64,000 nt of DNA from a virus: IMG/VR virus record IMGVR_UViG_3300022902_000007; one strand, 5' to 3'. Made by a program: the position numbers and the translations under genes. This document shows, in pieces, positions 8,808 to 17,212 of the stretch. The notes under the pieces were generated by a model that saw nothing but the letters and a program-made list of their open reading frames with translations, ran no database searches and was not told the DNA's origin. Every line of letters begins with the position of its first letter. The first letter of the stretch is position 1.

Positions 8808-8895
8808 TGGTGAGGGCGGTAGGATTCGAACCTACGGTGGACTTTCGTCGTCAGCTTAAAAGGCTGGTCCTCTCGGCCAACTGAGGGACGCCCCA
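8808..8895 (-). tRNA. tRNA with UUU (Lys) anticodon and long variable arm
   Basis: T arm GTAGG-TTCGAAT-CCTAC, anticodon arm CAGC-CTTTTAA-GCTG, variable hairpin GAC-GAAA-GTC, acceptor GGGGCG/CGCCCT, A73-CCA. Confidence 0.85.
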
Positions 8896-8942
8896 TATTT
8901 CTTCATAATACAAGGCCCCCTGCGGGGGCCCTGCTTCAAGCT

Positions 8943-9233
8943 CTACTTGTACGTGTAGAACGCCTGGCTGGTCTCCAGGACCACCATGTTGCGGTTGATT
9001 GCTCGGCTGAGCACGTCCTGACGCTGGTCGTCCACGTTCCTTCCACCGCCCTTGACGGCAGAACCCATCTGCTTGAGGCCACAGAGCCTGATGTAGTAGT
9101 TGGCGCTGATGGGGCAGTCGCGGTTCTTGATGGCGAGCCAACCCAAGCCCCCGACCTTCTTGGTGAAGCGGGAGTCGAAGTTGGTGTTGTAGCTGGTGAT
9201 GCTGAGCACGGAAACCTCCTGTGCAGTGTTCAT
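8943..9233 (-). CDS. hypothetical protein (start MNTAQE)
   Basis: GC3-biased ORF flanked by hairpins. Confidence 0.5.
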   Translation of the reverse strand: MNTAQEVSVLSITSYNTNFDSRFTKKVGGLGWLAIKNRDCPISANYYIRLCGLKQMGSAVKGGGRNVDDQRQDVLSRAINRNMVVLETSQAFYTYK

Positions 9234-9265
9234 AAGGGAGGGCCCCTTGAAGGGGCCCCATCTGA

Positions 9266-9562
9266 CTATCTCACGTGCATTGGAGGCTCGTAGGCCCACA
9301 GAGACCTTCCAGTGTGCTCGTACCAACAGAACTCCAGGTTGCGGAGGTACTCGTCGTCATCGATATCAGCATTGATGACGCAGGCTTCTCCGGAGATGTA
9401 GGCAGCAGAGCCGTTTGGAGCCGCCGTGGAAGATGCGGAGTACCAGAACCTCGGCATGTAGTCGGCAGGACGCATACCAGAAGCGTACAACTGATAGCCA
9501 ACCATGCCAAGGCCCGTGATGAGGAAGAACACGATGAGGATGTTTTCCAGGAAGCGATTCAT
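9266..9562 (-). CDS. membrane-anchored hypothetical protein (start MNRFLE)
   Basis: GAGG upstream, N-terminal TM helix; the longer ORF crosses a terminator. Confidence 0.6.
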   Translation of the reverse strand: MNRFLENILIVFFLITGLGMVGYQLYASGMRPADYMPRFWYSASSTAAPNGSAAYISGEACVINADIDDDEYLRNLEFCWYEHTGRSLWAYEPPMHVR

Positions 9563-9590
9563 TGCAGACCTCTTGTGGAAGTGATTCATT

Positions 9591-9615
9591 GAAAAGGGAG
9601 CCCAAAAGGGCTCCC
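9591..9615 (-). terminator. intrinsic terminator
   Basis: GGGAGCCC-TTTT-GGGCTCCC followed by TTTTC on the minus strand. Confidence 0.6.
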
Positions 9616-9987
9616 TACCAGAAGCATTCTCCCTGGAATCAGGGTTACTGGCTCCTGGATTTCTCTTCAACAATGACCACAGATTGTTAGGCAGTAGAAC
9701 CCTCTTTGTGCAAGTATTCGTGATGTCATTCACGATAGCTGGTTGGGTGCAATCACGTTCCTGACTCTCAACCTATTGGTGTAGGCTTTCTCACACATTG
9801 ACCTTTGACTTGGCTGTATGAGTTGTCGTTCCAGAGCACCAACTCTGGTAATGGTCATAGAGTAGCCCGGTCTCTGACCGGGCCGCCCTTCCAAATTCTT
9901 TCTTTACTCGCCCACAAAAACAATCCCCTCAACCAATCAAACAAGAGACAGGAGGCAGTCTCTTCAGAAAGGATGAGAGGAATGAGT

Positions 9988-10230
9988 CTATGCAGGTTCT
10001 TCTGCCATCTTCTGTGCACGTTCCCATGCCATCTTGAAGGCATCGTAAGAGCCATGACTGATGACCCCGATACCCACCAAGAACAGCACTGGTACCAGAA
10101 CCATCCATGCGAAGACCTGCAGCAACTCCAGGAGTGGAGTCCACTTGAAGGTGATGAAGAGGATGGCAGCTCCGACCAGGAACTTGCCCCACCAGGGGCA
10201 CTGATTGTACAGCTCTTTGAGCTTTTTCAT
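9988..10230 (-). CDS. small membrane protein (start MKKLKE)
   Basis: AAGGAG upstream of ATG; two hydrophobic helices. Confidence 0.65.
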   Translation of the reverse strand: MKKLKELYNQCPWWGKFLVGAAILFITFKWTPLLELLQVFAWMVLVPVLFLVGIGVISHGSYDAFKMAWERAQKMAEEPA

Positions 10231-10359
10231 GGTTTCTCCTTGGAGATTGTTCATAGAGGAGGGCAGGCTCTGCCTGCCAGCAGTGGCACGGCCTTTGTTC
10301 GAGTTTCTCCGATATCGCGGAGTCATAGGTGGGGCTGTGTGTAGGGGTGTGAGCGGAGG

Positions 10360-10396
10360 CCATTAAAAAAGAAGGAGGCCCCCGAAGGGGCCTCCT
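10360..10396 (-). terminator. cUUCGg terminator-like hairpin with conserved TTCTTTTTTAATGG tail (element copy 1)
   Basis: GGAGGCCCC-TTCG-GGGGCCTCC-TTCTTTTTTAATGG. Confidence 0.8.
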
Positions 10397-10410
10397 CGCT
10401 CAGTCTCTGT

Positions 10411-13400
10411 CTACCTCGTGTGCTTGTTGATGGCAGTACACAAGCGACCGGCACCGTTCATCATTGCCTTGCTCGGCTTGGCCCGAGCACGACGCACTGC
10501 GATGGCACTCACCAGACTCTTGCAGTCCGGGCACTCCAGGAACTGGACACCAGTCTCCTCGTAGTGCTTCATGGGCTCTGGGAGGCTGACACTCGTCCCC
10601 TCGATTCTGCCATAGGGCCCGTACATCAGGCTGCTGAGCACCTCGTGGATGTCCTTGAACACAGGCTTACCGTGCTCGTCGGTCTCCTTGAGGAGCATGT
10701 CTGCCATGCTCTCGACAGCCTTGACTCGTTCAGGAGTCATGTAGTCACACCCAGCGTTGACCTGGATGATTCCCAGCTTGTCGAGGACGGGGGATCCTTC
10801 CCAGGCCACTGCTCGGAAGGCACGCTTGATGTGACGCTCGGACAGCTCCTTGTGGGAGCCATACTCACGACTCAGGCTCATCTCTGTTGACCAGATGGTC
10901 AGCAGCTCTTCCCAGGTGAGGTTCTTGAGGCAGTTCCTCAGCTCGACTCGGCAGGCCTCGATGTCACCGTTCCTCTGGTCAGGTTCGAGAGCAGAGCGCA
11001 TGATGCGTCCCACATTCTCACCATACGTCCTGAGGCCAGACTTCTCGTACAGGCCAGGCTCACCATTGACACCACGCTGGTAGGTAGACTCGGGCAGGGC
11101 CATCCTGGGCTCTTCCTTCAGGCCCGCGTACAACAGCACTTCCAGATTCACCGAGAGCTGCTCCGGCATGTTGTCCTTCTTCCAGTCCTGGAACATACCC
11201 CAAGCTTCCCAGGAGCAGTAGTGCACGAGGTTCTGGTTCTCGCCAGTGTACTCCGTACCTACCCAGCCATTGGGATTGATGCGCTTGGAGCGCTCCTGCC
11301 AGGTGTTGGTGTGCTTCCAGGACATGCCCACTGGCCTGCCCTTGTCGTCAGTACCCACGACGTAGCCCAGCTCAGCAGCGGTCCTCTTGACCCACCAGCT
11401 GAACTTGCCAGGGATGAACCCGCCATACTCATCGACATACCAGCTCTCTGGGCCCATGACCATGGAGCGCTTGGTCGAGCCATCCTCTGCAGTAGAATCG
11501 TACTTCCAGCAGCAGCAGGTCTTGCCATTACGTTCGTACTCTTCCACCACTCTCCAGTTGGCCCCGATCATTGCCTTGTCCATGTTGGTGAACAGTGGGT
11601 TGCGCTTGAGCTGATCGATGAACTCCTGGTTGAGGCACATTGCTGCCATCATTGGCATGGTCTCATCCAGAGCCAGGAACATTGCGCAGGCATTCGTCGC
11701 CATGCCCACTGGTCCCTGTCCGTCCACGGCGATCAGCTTGACTCCATCCCAGCTCTTGGTCGGGATCTTGTCCAGGTGACCGTCCGTGTTCTTCTTGGGC
11801 TCGATGAGGTACACATCTTCAGGCTTGCCCAGCAGCGGGATGCGAGACTCGTAGAACCTGATCATTTCTGGATCCCAGGAGCACGCCACTCCATCACCGT
11901 CGTCGTCACCCATGAGCAGATGCTCCATGTCCATTGGGTTCATGAAGATGGTGTTGGACGGGACGATGTAGTCGGTCCTGCCTTTGATCAGCATGTGGCT
12001 GAAGGCCTCCACGATCTCTGCTTCCATCAAGCAGGCTGGCTGCAGGCCGGGAGCACGGGTGATGGCAAGTCTGTCTCCCACCCTGTACCTCCGCTTGCCA
12101 TTGATCTTCATGGCTGCCATGACGACCTCACCGGGCTCCAGGCTGTTGTCCATCACGACCACGGGAGCCTCGCACATGATGCCTGCACCCTGCTGGATGT
12201 GGTAGAGCTGACGCCCCAGTTCATCCATCAGTTGTTCTGACACCTGAGGTACGGTCTTGGGATCGACACCCAGCTTGTCGCAGATGGCACAGACCATGCC
12301 GAGGTTCTCGTCGCGCTTCATGACGATTTCCATGAGCTCATCCATGGTGAGCTTCTCGAAAGCCTCCTCCACCCTGGTCTTGATGAACGCCTGGTTCTCC
12401 GGGGAGTTCTCAGCGAACTGCAGGGCTTGGAAGTTCAGCTTCTGCTGGCGTGGCTTGGTCCAGGTCTGCATGATGCCCAGATGCAGCTTGATATTGGCCG
12501 TGAGACCGTTGGCATGCAGCTTCTTGGCGTCAGCCTTCCTGGTTCCCTTGATCTGCAGTGGGTCGATCCAGATGGCAGGCTTTCCGCTCTTGTCGACGCA
12601 GCGCTCATCACACACCAGGATGCCCTTCACGAAGACCTCACGGCCCAGGTTGAAGGCTCGGATCTGCACGACGTTCCGCTTGTGACGCGGGATGCCCAGC
12701 GCTTCCCAGATGTCGTGTTCCGGATGGATGCAGCCACAGCCGTCACTGCCAGCAGCCTCTCCCATCCAGTTCTCACGAGTCTTGATGATGCAGTCGTAGT
12801 CATCGATGTGCACCATGGGTCCACACAAACCGCTGACGTAGGCACGGAAGTCTACGGCCACCGGGAAGATGTCGGACAGCACCCTGACGACCTCCTTCTT
12901 GATGGCCCACTTGCCCTTGACCAGGATGTAGCCAGCCTTGTGAACGGGAGACCAGAAGTCAGCCGGGATGTCAGGCTGAGAGCCATCCTCTTCCAGCGGC
13001 AGGTTGTTCTGGAACCGGATCACGGGCAGGTCGTACTTCTTGCCCCAGTAGTGGGTGATGAGACCCACGGGGCCGTTGCTCACCACGTAGCCAGCCTTGA
13101 GACGCTCGGTGTTCCCTTTGGCGGGCTTGTAGATATTCACGATCGGCATGCTCCTCCAGCCCTCTGCCTTGGCCCTGGTACGAGCCACACTCTTCAGGCT
13201 AGTGGTGAGGTCGTCGTATTCCTGCAGCTCATCCTCGGGGCTCTTCCCCAGCATCAGTTCCACGAACAGGTCAGCGTACTCACTGATCTTGGTCTCGACG
13301 GTGACGAGCTTGCTCGCCAGGTACTGGGCAGCCCAGCAGGTGGTGTTGTCCATTTGTGCCTCCTTGGCGTTGTTGGACGGGTTGTCGTTGAGGTAGCTCT

Positions 13401-13674
13401 TGATGTAGATTTCGTTAGGCCTTGGACCCAGAGGGGCCATGCCCATGACTGTCTCGAAGTCGCCATCGCCCCGCAGATGGTAGTAGTAGGACCACTCGTC
13501 ACAGGCTCGACAGTGGACATGACCATCTTCGCAAGCGGTATGCACCAGGAACCCATCTCCGTGGGTCGGGCAGTTTTCACTGTGGTCGATGTCGTTGAGT
13601 TCGCAGCACTTACAGTGGCTTCCCCCATAGGGGTTGCCCATGATGCAGGTGTTGGCAGTGTCGGTGATAGCCAT
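10411..13674 (-). CDS. single-chain two-barrel RNA polymerase, YonO/QDE-1(RdRP)-like
   Basis: Ordered motifs SDGCGCI, VVQIRA..VKGIL, AITRAPGL and MGDDDGD (DxDGD at 11893-11907), matching cellular RdRP and SPbeta YonO patterns. Confidence 0.85.
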   Translation of the reverse strand: MAITDTANTCIMGNPYGGSHCKCCELNDIDHSENCPTHGDGFLVHTACEDGHVHCRACDEWSYYYHLRGDGDFETVMGMAPLGPRPNEIYIKSYLNDNPSNNAKEAQMDNTTCWAAQYLASKLVTVETKISEYADLFVELMLGKSPEDELQEYDDLTTSLKSVARTRAKAEGWRSMPIVNIYKPAKGNTERLKAGYVVSNGPVGLITHYWGKKYDLPVIRFQNNLPLEEDGSQPDIPADFWSPVHKAGYILVKGKWAIKKEVVRVLSDIFPVAVDFRAYVSGLCGPMVHIDDYDCIIKTRENWMGEAAGSDGCGCIHPEHDIWEALGIPRHKRNVVQIRAFNLGREVFVKGILVCDERCVDKSGKPAIWIDPLQIKGTRKADAKKLHANGLTANIKLHLGIMQTWTKPRQQKLNFQALQFAENSPENQAFIKTRVEEAFEKLTMDELMEIVMKRDENLGMVCAICDKLGVDPKTVPQVSEQLMDELGRQLYHIQQGAGIMCEAPVVVMDNSLEPGEVVMAAMKINGKRRYRVGDRLAITRAPGLQPACLMEAEIVEAFSHMLIKGRTDYIVPSNTIFMNPMDMEHLLMGDDDGDGVACSWDPEMIRFYESRIPLLGKPEDVYLIEPKKNTDGHLDKIPTKSWDGVKLIAVDGQGPVGMATNACAMFLALDETMPMMAAMCLNQEFIDQLKRNPLFTNMDKAMIGANWRVVEEYERNGKTCCCWKYDSTAEDGSTKRSMVMGPESWYVDEYGGFIPGKFSWWVKRTAAELGYVVGTDDKGRPVGMSWKHTNTWQERSKRINPNGWVGTEYTGENQNLVHYCSWEAWGMFQDWKKDNMPEQLSVNLEVLLYAGLKEEPRMALPESTYQRGVNGEPGLYEKSGLRTYGENVGRIMRSALEPDQRNGDIEACRVELRNCLKNLTWEELLTIWSTEMSLSREYGSHKELSERHIKRAFRAVAWEGSPVLDKLGIIQVNAGCDYMTPERVKAVESMADMLLKETDEHGKPVFKDIHEVLSSLMYGPYGRIEGTSVSLPEPMKHYEETGVQFLECPDCKSLVSAIAVRRARAKPSKAMMNGAGRLCTAINKHTR

Positions 13675-13735
13675 GATTGCCTCCTAAGCATATGGCTTGT
13701 TGATGGTCGTCTCCATACAGAGTGTAGGGATTGGA

Positions 13736-13775
13736 CCATTAAAAAAGAAGGAGCCCGCCCCCGAAGGGGCGGGCT
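13736..13775 (-). terminator. cUUCGg hairpin element copy 2, upstream of RNAP gene
   Basis: AGCCCGCCCC-TTCG-GGGGCGGGCT-CCTTCTTTTTTAATGG. Confidence 0.8.
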
Positions 13776-13789
13776 ATCATGAACACGAG

Positions 13790-15109
13790 CTACTCAGGCA
13801 GCATGTTCACCAGCAGTGCAGCCAGTTGACGCATCTCTGCTGACACGGCCTTGTTGCAGGGTCCTTGGAGTTGATGGATCTTGCCTCTCGTGGCATGGAG
13901 GCTCGCCTTCTCACCATCTGCTCTCCTCAGATGCCAGAGGGTCTCCATCCTCCCATCGTACATGAGATTGTTGATGCAGTTGTTCCAGTAGCCACCGATG
14001 CAATGATGCATCTCTTGGCCTTCCTCCCAGCTCCGAAGTTCTGAGCCGATGAGCTCACATCCTTCAGGCCACTGCATCTGCTTCATGGCTTCGATCTTGG
14101 CTTCATACTTGGTCCGAGCTTCTGCCAGTTTCTTGTTTCTGTTGTCTGCGATCTCTTTGTACCGCTGTTGTCGGATCTCTACGACTCTGTTGTTCTCTTC
14201 AACCAGTCTGTCATGGATTGCCATGAGCTGAGTCCTGGTGAGTCGTTGCTGTGTCCACTCTGGCCTCTCACAGAGGCCCCGCCTGCGATGCATCCGGACA
14301 GTGTCTCTGTACTCCTGCAGCAGCCCCTTCCGCCCATAGTACTGGAGATGGGGGTGGCTCCCGACCAAGGCTGGATCACGCGAGACCATCTGGATATAGA
14401 GAGTCAGGCTGTCTTGACTCATGGGCTCTCTGACCCGAAGGCCAATCGCAGCATTCCTTCCATGTGCGCTCATCTTCAACAAGTTGTTCCTGATCTGGGC
14501 AGGAGTGCCAGGCTTGAGGCGGCGAAGGATGGCCTTGTCCTTCAGCCCCTTCACCATCAGCTTGGCGCAATGCTTGCGGCTCCTCCATCCGCTATTCAAG
14601 ACGAGTCTGAGGGTATTGCCAGTGTTTGTAATCCACTGATATGCTGGGTGCCTACCGTTGGCCAGCAGCCAGTCGAGTCCAGCCCGACCCTGGAAGTTGA
14701 GAACGACAATCGCAGACTTGGAGATAATTGTGAACCCTTTCTCCTTCAGCTCCTCCAGGAGCTTCTTGGTCTTGCTGTTCTCCAACGCCTGCTGGTAGAG
14801 CCAGGCGTAGTGCCTGTAGAGGGCTGCGTTGGGGTCTCGCATCACGGCGCCCCAGGACTTGAACCCGAGGGTCTTGGTGACGATATGGATGGGGTTCGTG
14901 ACCTCAGACTCGTCTTGGCGCAGTTCCTGTGCACCGAGGTAGTCGAACATGTCCAAAGGATTCCAGTGCATCTTGTTCTGCATGAAGTGCCAGCGTCCCT
15001 GGTAGTCTCCGTCGAAGATGATCCAGGTCTTCCTGGTCTTGCAGTTGCTGTGGAAGCAGAAGCCTCCACCGTTGGTGCAGATGTCAGAGAGGGTGCGAGT
15101 GAATGACAT
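13790..15109 (-). CDS. PcfJ-like domain protein (start MSFTRT)
   Basis: C-terminal EEGQEMHHCIGGY...QLQGPCNK motif; AGGAGG upstream of 15109. Confidence 0.75.
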   Translation of the reverse strand: MSFTRTLSDICTNGGGFCFHSNCKTRKTWIIFDGDYQGRWHFMQNKMHWNPLDMFDYLGAQELRQDESEVTNPIHIVTKTLGFKSWGAVMRDPNAALYRHYAWLYQQALENSKTKKLLEELKEKGFTIISKSAIVVLNFQGRAGLDWLLANGRHPAYQWITNTGNTLRLVLNSGWRSRKHCAKLMVKGLKDKAILRRLKPGTPAQIRNNLLKMSAHGRNAAIGLRVREPMSQDSLTLYIQMVSRDPALVGSHPHLQYYGRKGLLQEYRDTVRMHRRRGLCERPEWTQQRLTRTQLMAIHDRLVEENNRVVEIRQQRYKEIADNRNKKLAEARTKYEAKIEAMKQMQWPEGCELIGSELRSWEEGQEMHHCIGGYWNNCINNLMYDGRMETLWHLRRADGEKASLHATRGKIHQLQGPCNKAVSAEMRQLAALLVNMLPE

Positions 15110-15147
15110 GATAGTACCTCCTACATGTCTTGTGTATGGCAGTATTG

Positions 15148-15184
15148 CCACTAAAAAAGAAGGCGGGGCCCCGAAGGGCCCCTC
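15148..15184 (-). terminator. cUUCGg hairpin element copy 3
   Basis: GGGGCCC-TTCG-GGGCCCC-GCCTTCTTTTTTAGTGG. Confidence 0.8.
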
Positions 15185-15188
15185 AGTC

Positions 15189-15365
15189 TCAGTCGCTTCT
15201 CTTGGCATGGTATGTCTCATGCCTTCTCATGTCTGTCAGGTATGGCTTCAGCAGTGCCTTCATGGAGCGCTGCTTCCACCTTGTCCCACAGACTTCACAC
15301 TCGTAGTACAGCCACTTCCTGCCAGTCTTCACCAGCTTGAAGTGACCACTACACCCGCAGGTCAT
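15189..15365 (-). CDS. small zinc-ribbon protein (58 aa, not in ORF track)
   Basis: Manual translation MTCGCSGHFK...YECEVCGTRW...; ATGA overlap with the upstream gene. Confidence 0.6.
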   Translation of the reverse strand: MTCGCSGHFKLVKTGRKWLYYECEVCGTRWKQRSMKALLKPYLTDMRRHETYHAKRSD

Positions 15366-15706
15366 GACTGCCAGACTTCTAGGATCTCATCGATCTCTTC
15401 CTGACTGAGGCCTTGCTCTTCGCAGTAGATCTGAACCAAATCGGTAGCCAGTCTGAAGTCGAGGAAGAAGTAGTCATCTGACATGTGCGCATATTGCTCA
15501 ACCTCGTAGGTTTCGCAATAGGTTCCGTCAGGCCACACGAACAGTCCGTCGTTTGTAGGCTCCGGCGTGTAGGCTTCTTTGACGAAGATCTCCTTGGCCC
15601 TCTCGTACCACTTGTGACACAGGTGACTGAACCACGTGCCGAGGCTGACACCGAGGAGGGCACCGAAGATGCCGAGGATGATCGCGATGATGATGGGAAG
15701 GTCCAT
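15362..15706 (-). CDS. membrane-anchored hypothetical protein
   Basis: AAGGAG upstream; N-terminal TM helix. Confidence 0.7.
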   Translation of the reverse strand: MDLPIIIAIILGIFGALLGVSLGTWFSHLCHKWYERAKEIFVKEAYTPEPTNDGLFVWPDGTYCETYEVEQYAHMSDDYFFLDFRLATDLVQIYCEEQGLSQEEIDEILEVWQS

Positions 15707-15735
15707 CTTGTTTCTCCTTGTATGGACGGAAGTGT

Positions 15736-15773
15736 CCGCTAAAAAAGAAGAAGCGGGCCCCGAAGGGCCCGCT
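15736..15773 (-). terminator. cUUCGg hairpin element copy 4
   Basis: AGCGGGCCC-TTCG-GGGCCCGCT-TCTTCTTTTTTAGCGG. Confidence 0.8.
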
Positions 15774-15788
15774 CAACTCTCTGTCGCT

Positions 15789-16445
15789 CTACGCAGCCAG
15801 ACGTGCCTTCCGCCTGATCTGGACCACGGTCTTACCATGATGCCAGTTGTCGCTGCCGAAGATCGAGGCCCTCAGTCCGAAGTCCTCCACCATCTGCATC
15901 ACGACTTGCTTGTCACTCTGCTGCAGGAGCTGGCTGACGAAGCACCTGACAGGATCTGCCTTGATCTGGTTCTTCAGAGTCCGGGCGAGATCCATGGCCT
16001 TCTCGTACTTGCCATACTTGTCCTGCTGCGCAGCACAGTTGACGTTCTCATCCAGCTCGTGGTGCTGGCCAGTGAACAGGACGGACTTCTTGACCCAGTT
16101 GCCAGTTCCCATGGCCTGGTCGAGTTCTTCCTGACTGACGTTGTCGTACCAGAAGCTGTCATCCATGGCGTGGTCTGGAACTTCTTCCATGCTGTACACG
16201 TACAGTGGCTGGTCGTAGTCTTCCATGCCCTCCAGGTCCATGTCCATAACGAGGCCCAGCATGTCTTCCGAGATGCTCTCACTCGTGGTGCTGACGTTGG
16301 GCTCGAAGTGGAAGCGTACTTGCCGTGGCTGGACGCAGTTGGTGAGGAAGCCCACCAGGAAGGGCATGCTGATCATGCTGATGATGGCGAAGTAGATGGC
16401 GAAGACGCCACCGTTGAAGGTATTGGCGAGGGTGATGTAGTCCAT
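15789..16445 (-). CDS. membrane-anchored acidic hypothetical protein
   Basis: AGGAGG upstream; N-terminal TM helix. Confidence 0.7.
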   Translation of the reverse strand: MDYITLANTFNGGVFAIYFAIISMISMPFLVGFLTNCVQPRQVRFHFEPNVSTTSESISEDMLGLVMDMDLEGMEDYDQPLYVYSMEEVPDHAMDDSFWYDNVSQEELDQAMGTGNWVKKSVLFTGQHHELDENVNCAAQQDKYGKYEKAMDLARTLKNQIKADPVRCFVSQLLQQSDKQVVMQMVEDFGLRASIFGSDNWHHGKTVVQIRRKARLAA

Positions 16446-16479
16446 GATTCCTCCTGTGGATTTGGACTGTTGGTGTCGT

Positions 16480-17168
16480 AGCTGTCTCTCTGCTGTGGGT
16501 GCTGCACCTATCCCAGCTTGGTCTCTCCTGCGGTTTGATCCACTGGATAACCGGGTGCTTCTGTAGTATGAAAGAGCGGTATGTTTAGGCTCGTCCTCAC
16601 GAGTGCTCTATATAGCCGCTATGCCATAGAGCCGAACGCTCCCCATGGAGCAACCCTTCGATTCCGGGCCAGAACCCTGGTAGCCCCAGGTGGCAGCTCC
16701 TGTCCTGTGGAGCCAAGGTCTAAGTGTTGGTTACTACCCGTTCACACACGGGGTCACATGGAGTGATGGTGTCTACTGTTCTCCTACTCGCTCTCACTCA
16801 GAGCCAGCCTGTATTGCTACTCTTGGACACAGACGTCCTCACTTGGGTCTTGCCAAGACAACGTACCTACTACACGGCCCTTTTCTGATAGCAAGCCATC
16901 AGGCCCTTACTGCAGGCGGGCCTACAGACCATGGTTGGGTACAGCACTACCTCTCTACCTATCCCTGGTAGACTCAGGGGATAGAGTGTATTGGCCTTAC
17001 CATCAGCCAATACATGGGGGTTGGACCCACGATAGTCCCTGCACATACGAGTATATGCAGAGGTATGCTCACCACTATGGGCTTGCATACGCATACAGGT
17101 CAGTTTCGTGTCATGACCAGGACTGCGAGGGCTTTCGCTGTGTCATACCATGTGGTATGTGTTGCCAC
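16480..17168 (-). ncRNA. candidate large structured non-coding RNA (~700 nt)
   Basis: No credible ORF; many stem-loops; GNRA loops (GAAA, GCAA) read on the minus strand; boundaries approximate. Confidence 0.55.
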
Positions 17169-17205
17169 TAAATAAAAAGGAGAACCCCTCCGAAGAGGGG
17201 TTCTC
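17165..17205 (-). terminator. cUUCGg hairpin element copy 5
   Basis: GAGAACCCCTC-TTCG-GAGGGGTTCTC-CTTTTTATTTAGTGG. Confidence 0.8.
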
Positions 17206-17212
17206 GGTAGTC

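Noticed and set aside
8851-8867. Ochre suppressor (TTA) reading of the long-arm tRNA, implying genome recoding
   Set aside because: The CAGC/GCTG stem fixes a 7-nt loop CTTTTAA with TTT at 34-36. TAA, TAG and TGA all end well-supported genes.
10420-16481. Long plus-strand ORFs (11221-12240, 12427-13782, 14168-15106, 15636-16481)
   Set aside because: They are antisense shadows of GC3-biased minus-strand genes and show no RBS or motifs.
16480-17168. Non-coding region as tmRNA, RNase P RNA, group I/II intron or hammerhead ribozyme
   Set aside because: I could not find the diagnostic motifs (tRNA-like ends, GAGGAAAGUCC, GUGCG start with a clear domain V, CUGAnGA plus GAAA core), so it is left unassigned.
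10374-17205. N4-type C(GAA)G triloop template-strand hairpin promoters
   Set aside because: The plus strand does read CGAAG, but the stems pair perfectly only with a 4-nt loop, which fits an RNA cUUCGg tetraloop. A strict N4 equivalence is unsupported, though a promoter role stays open.
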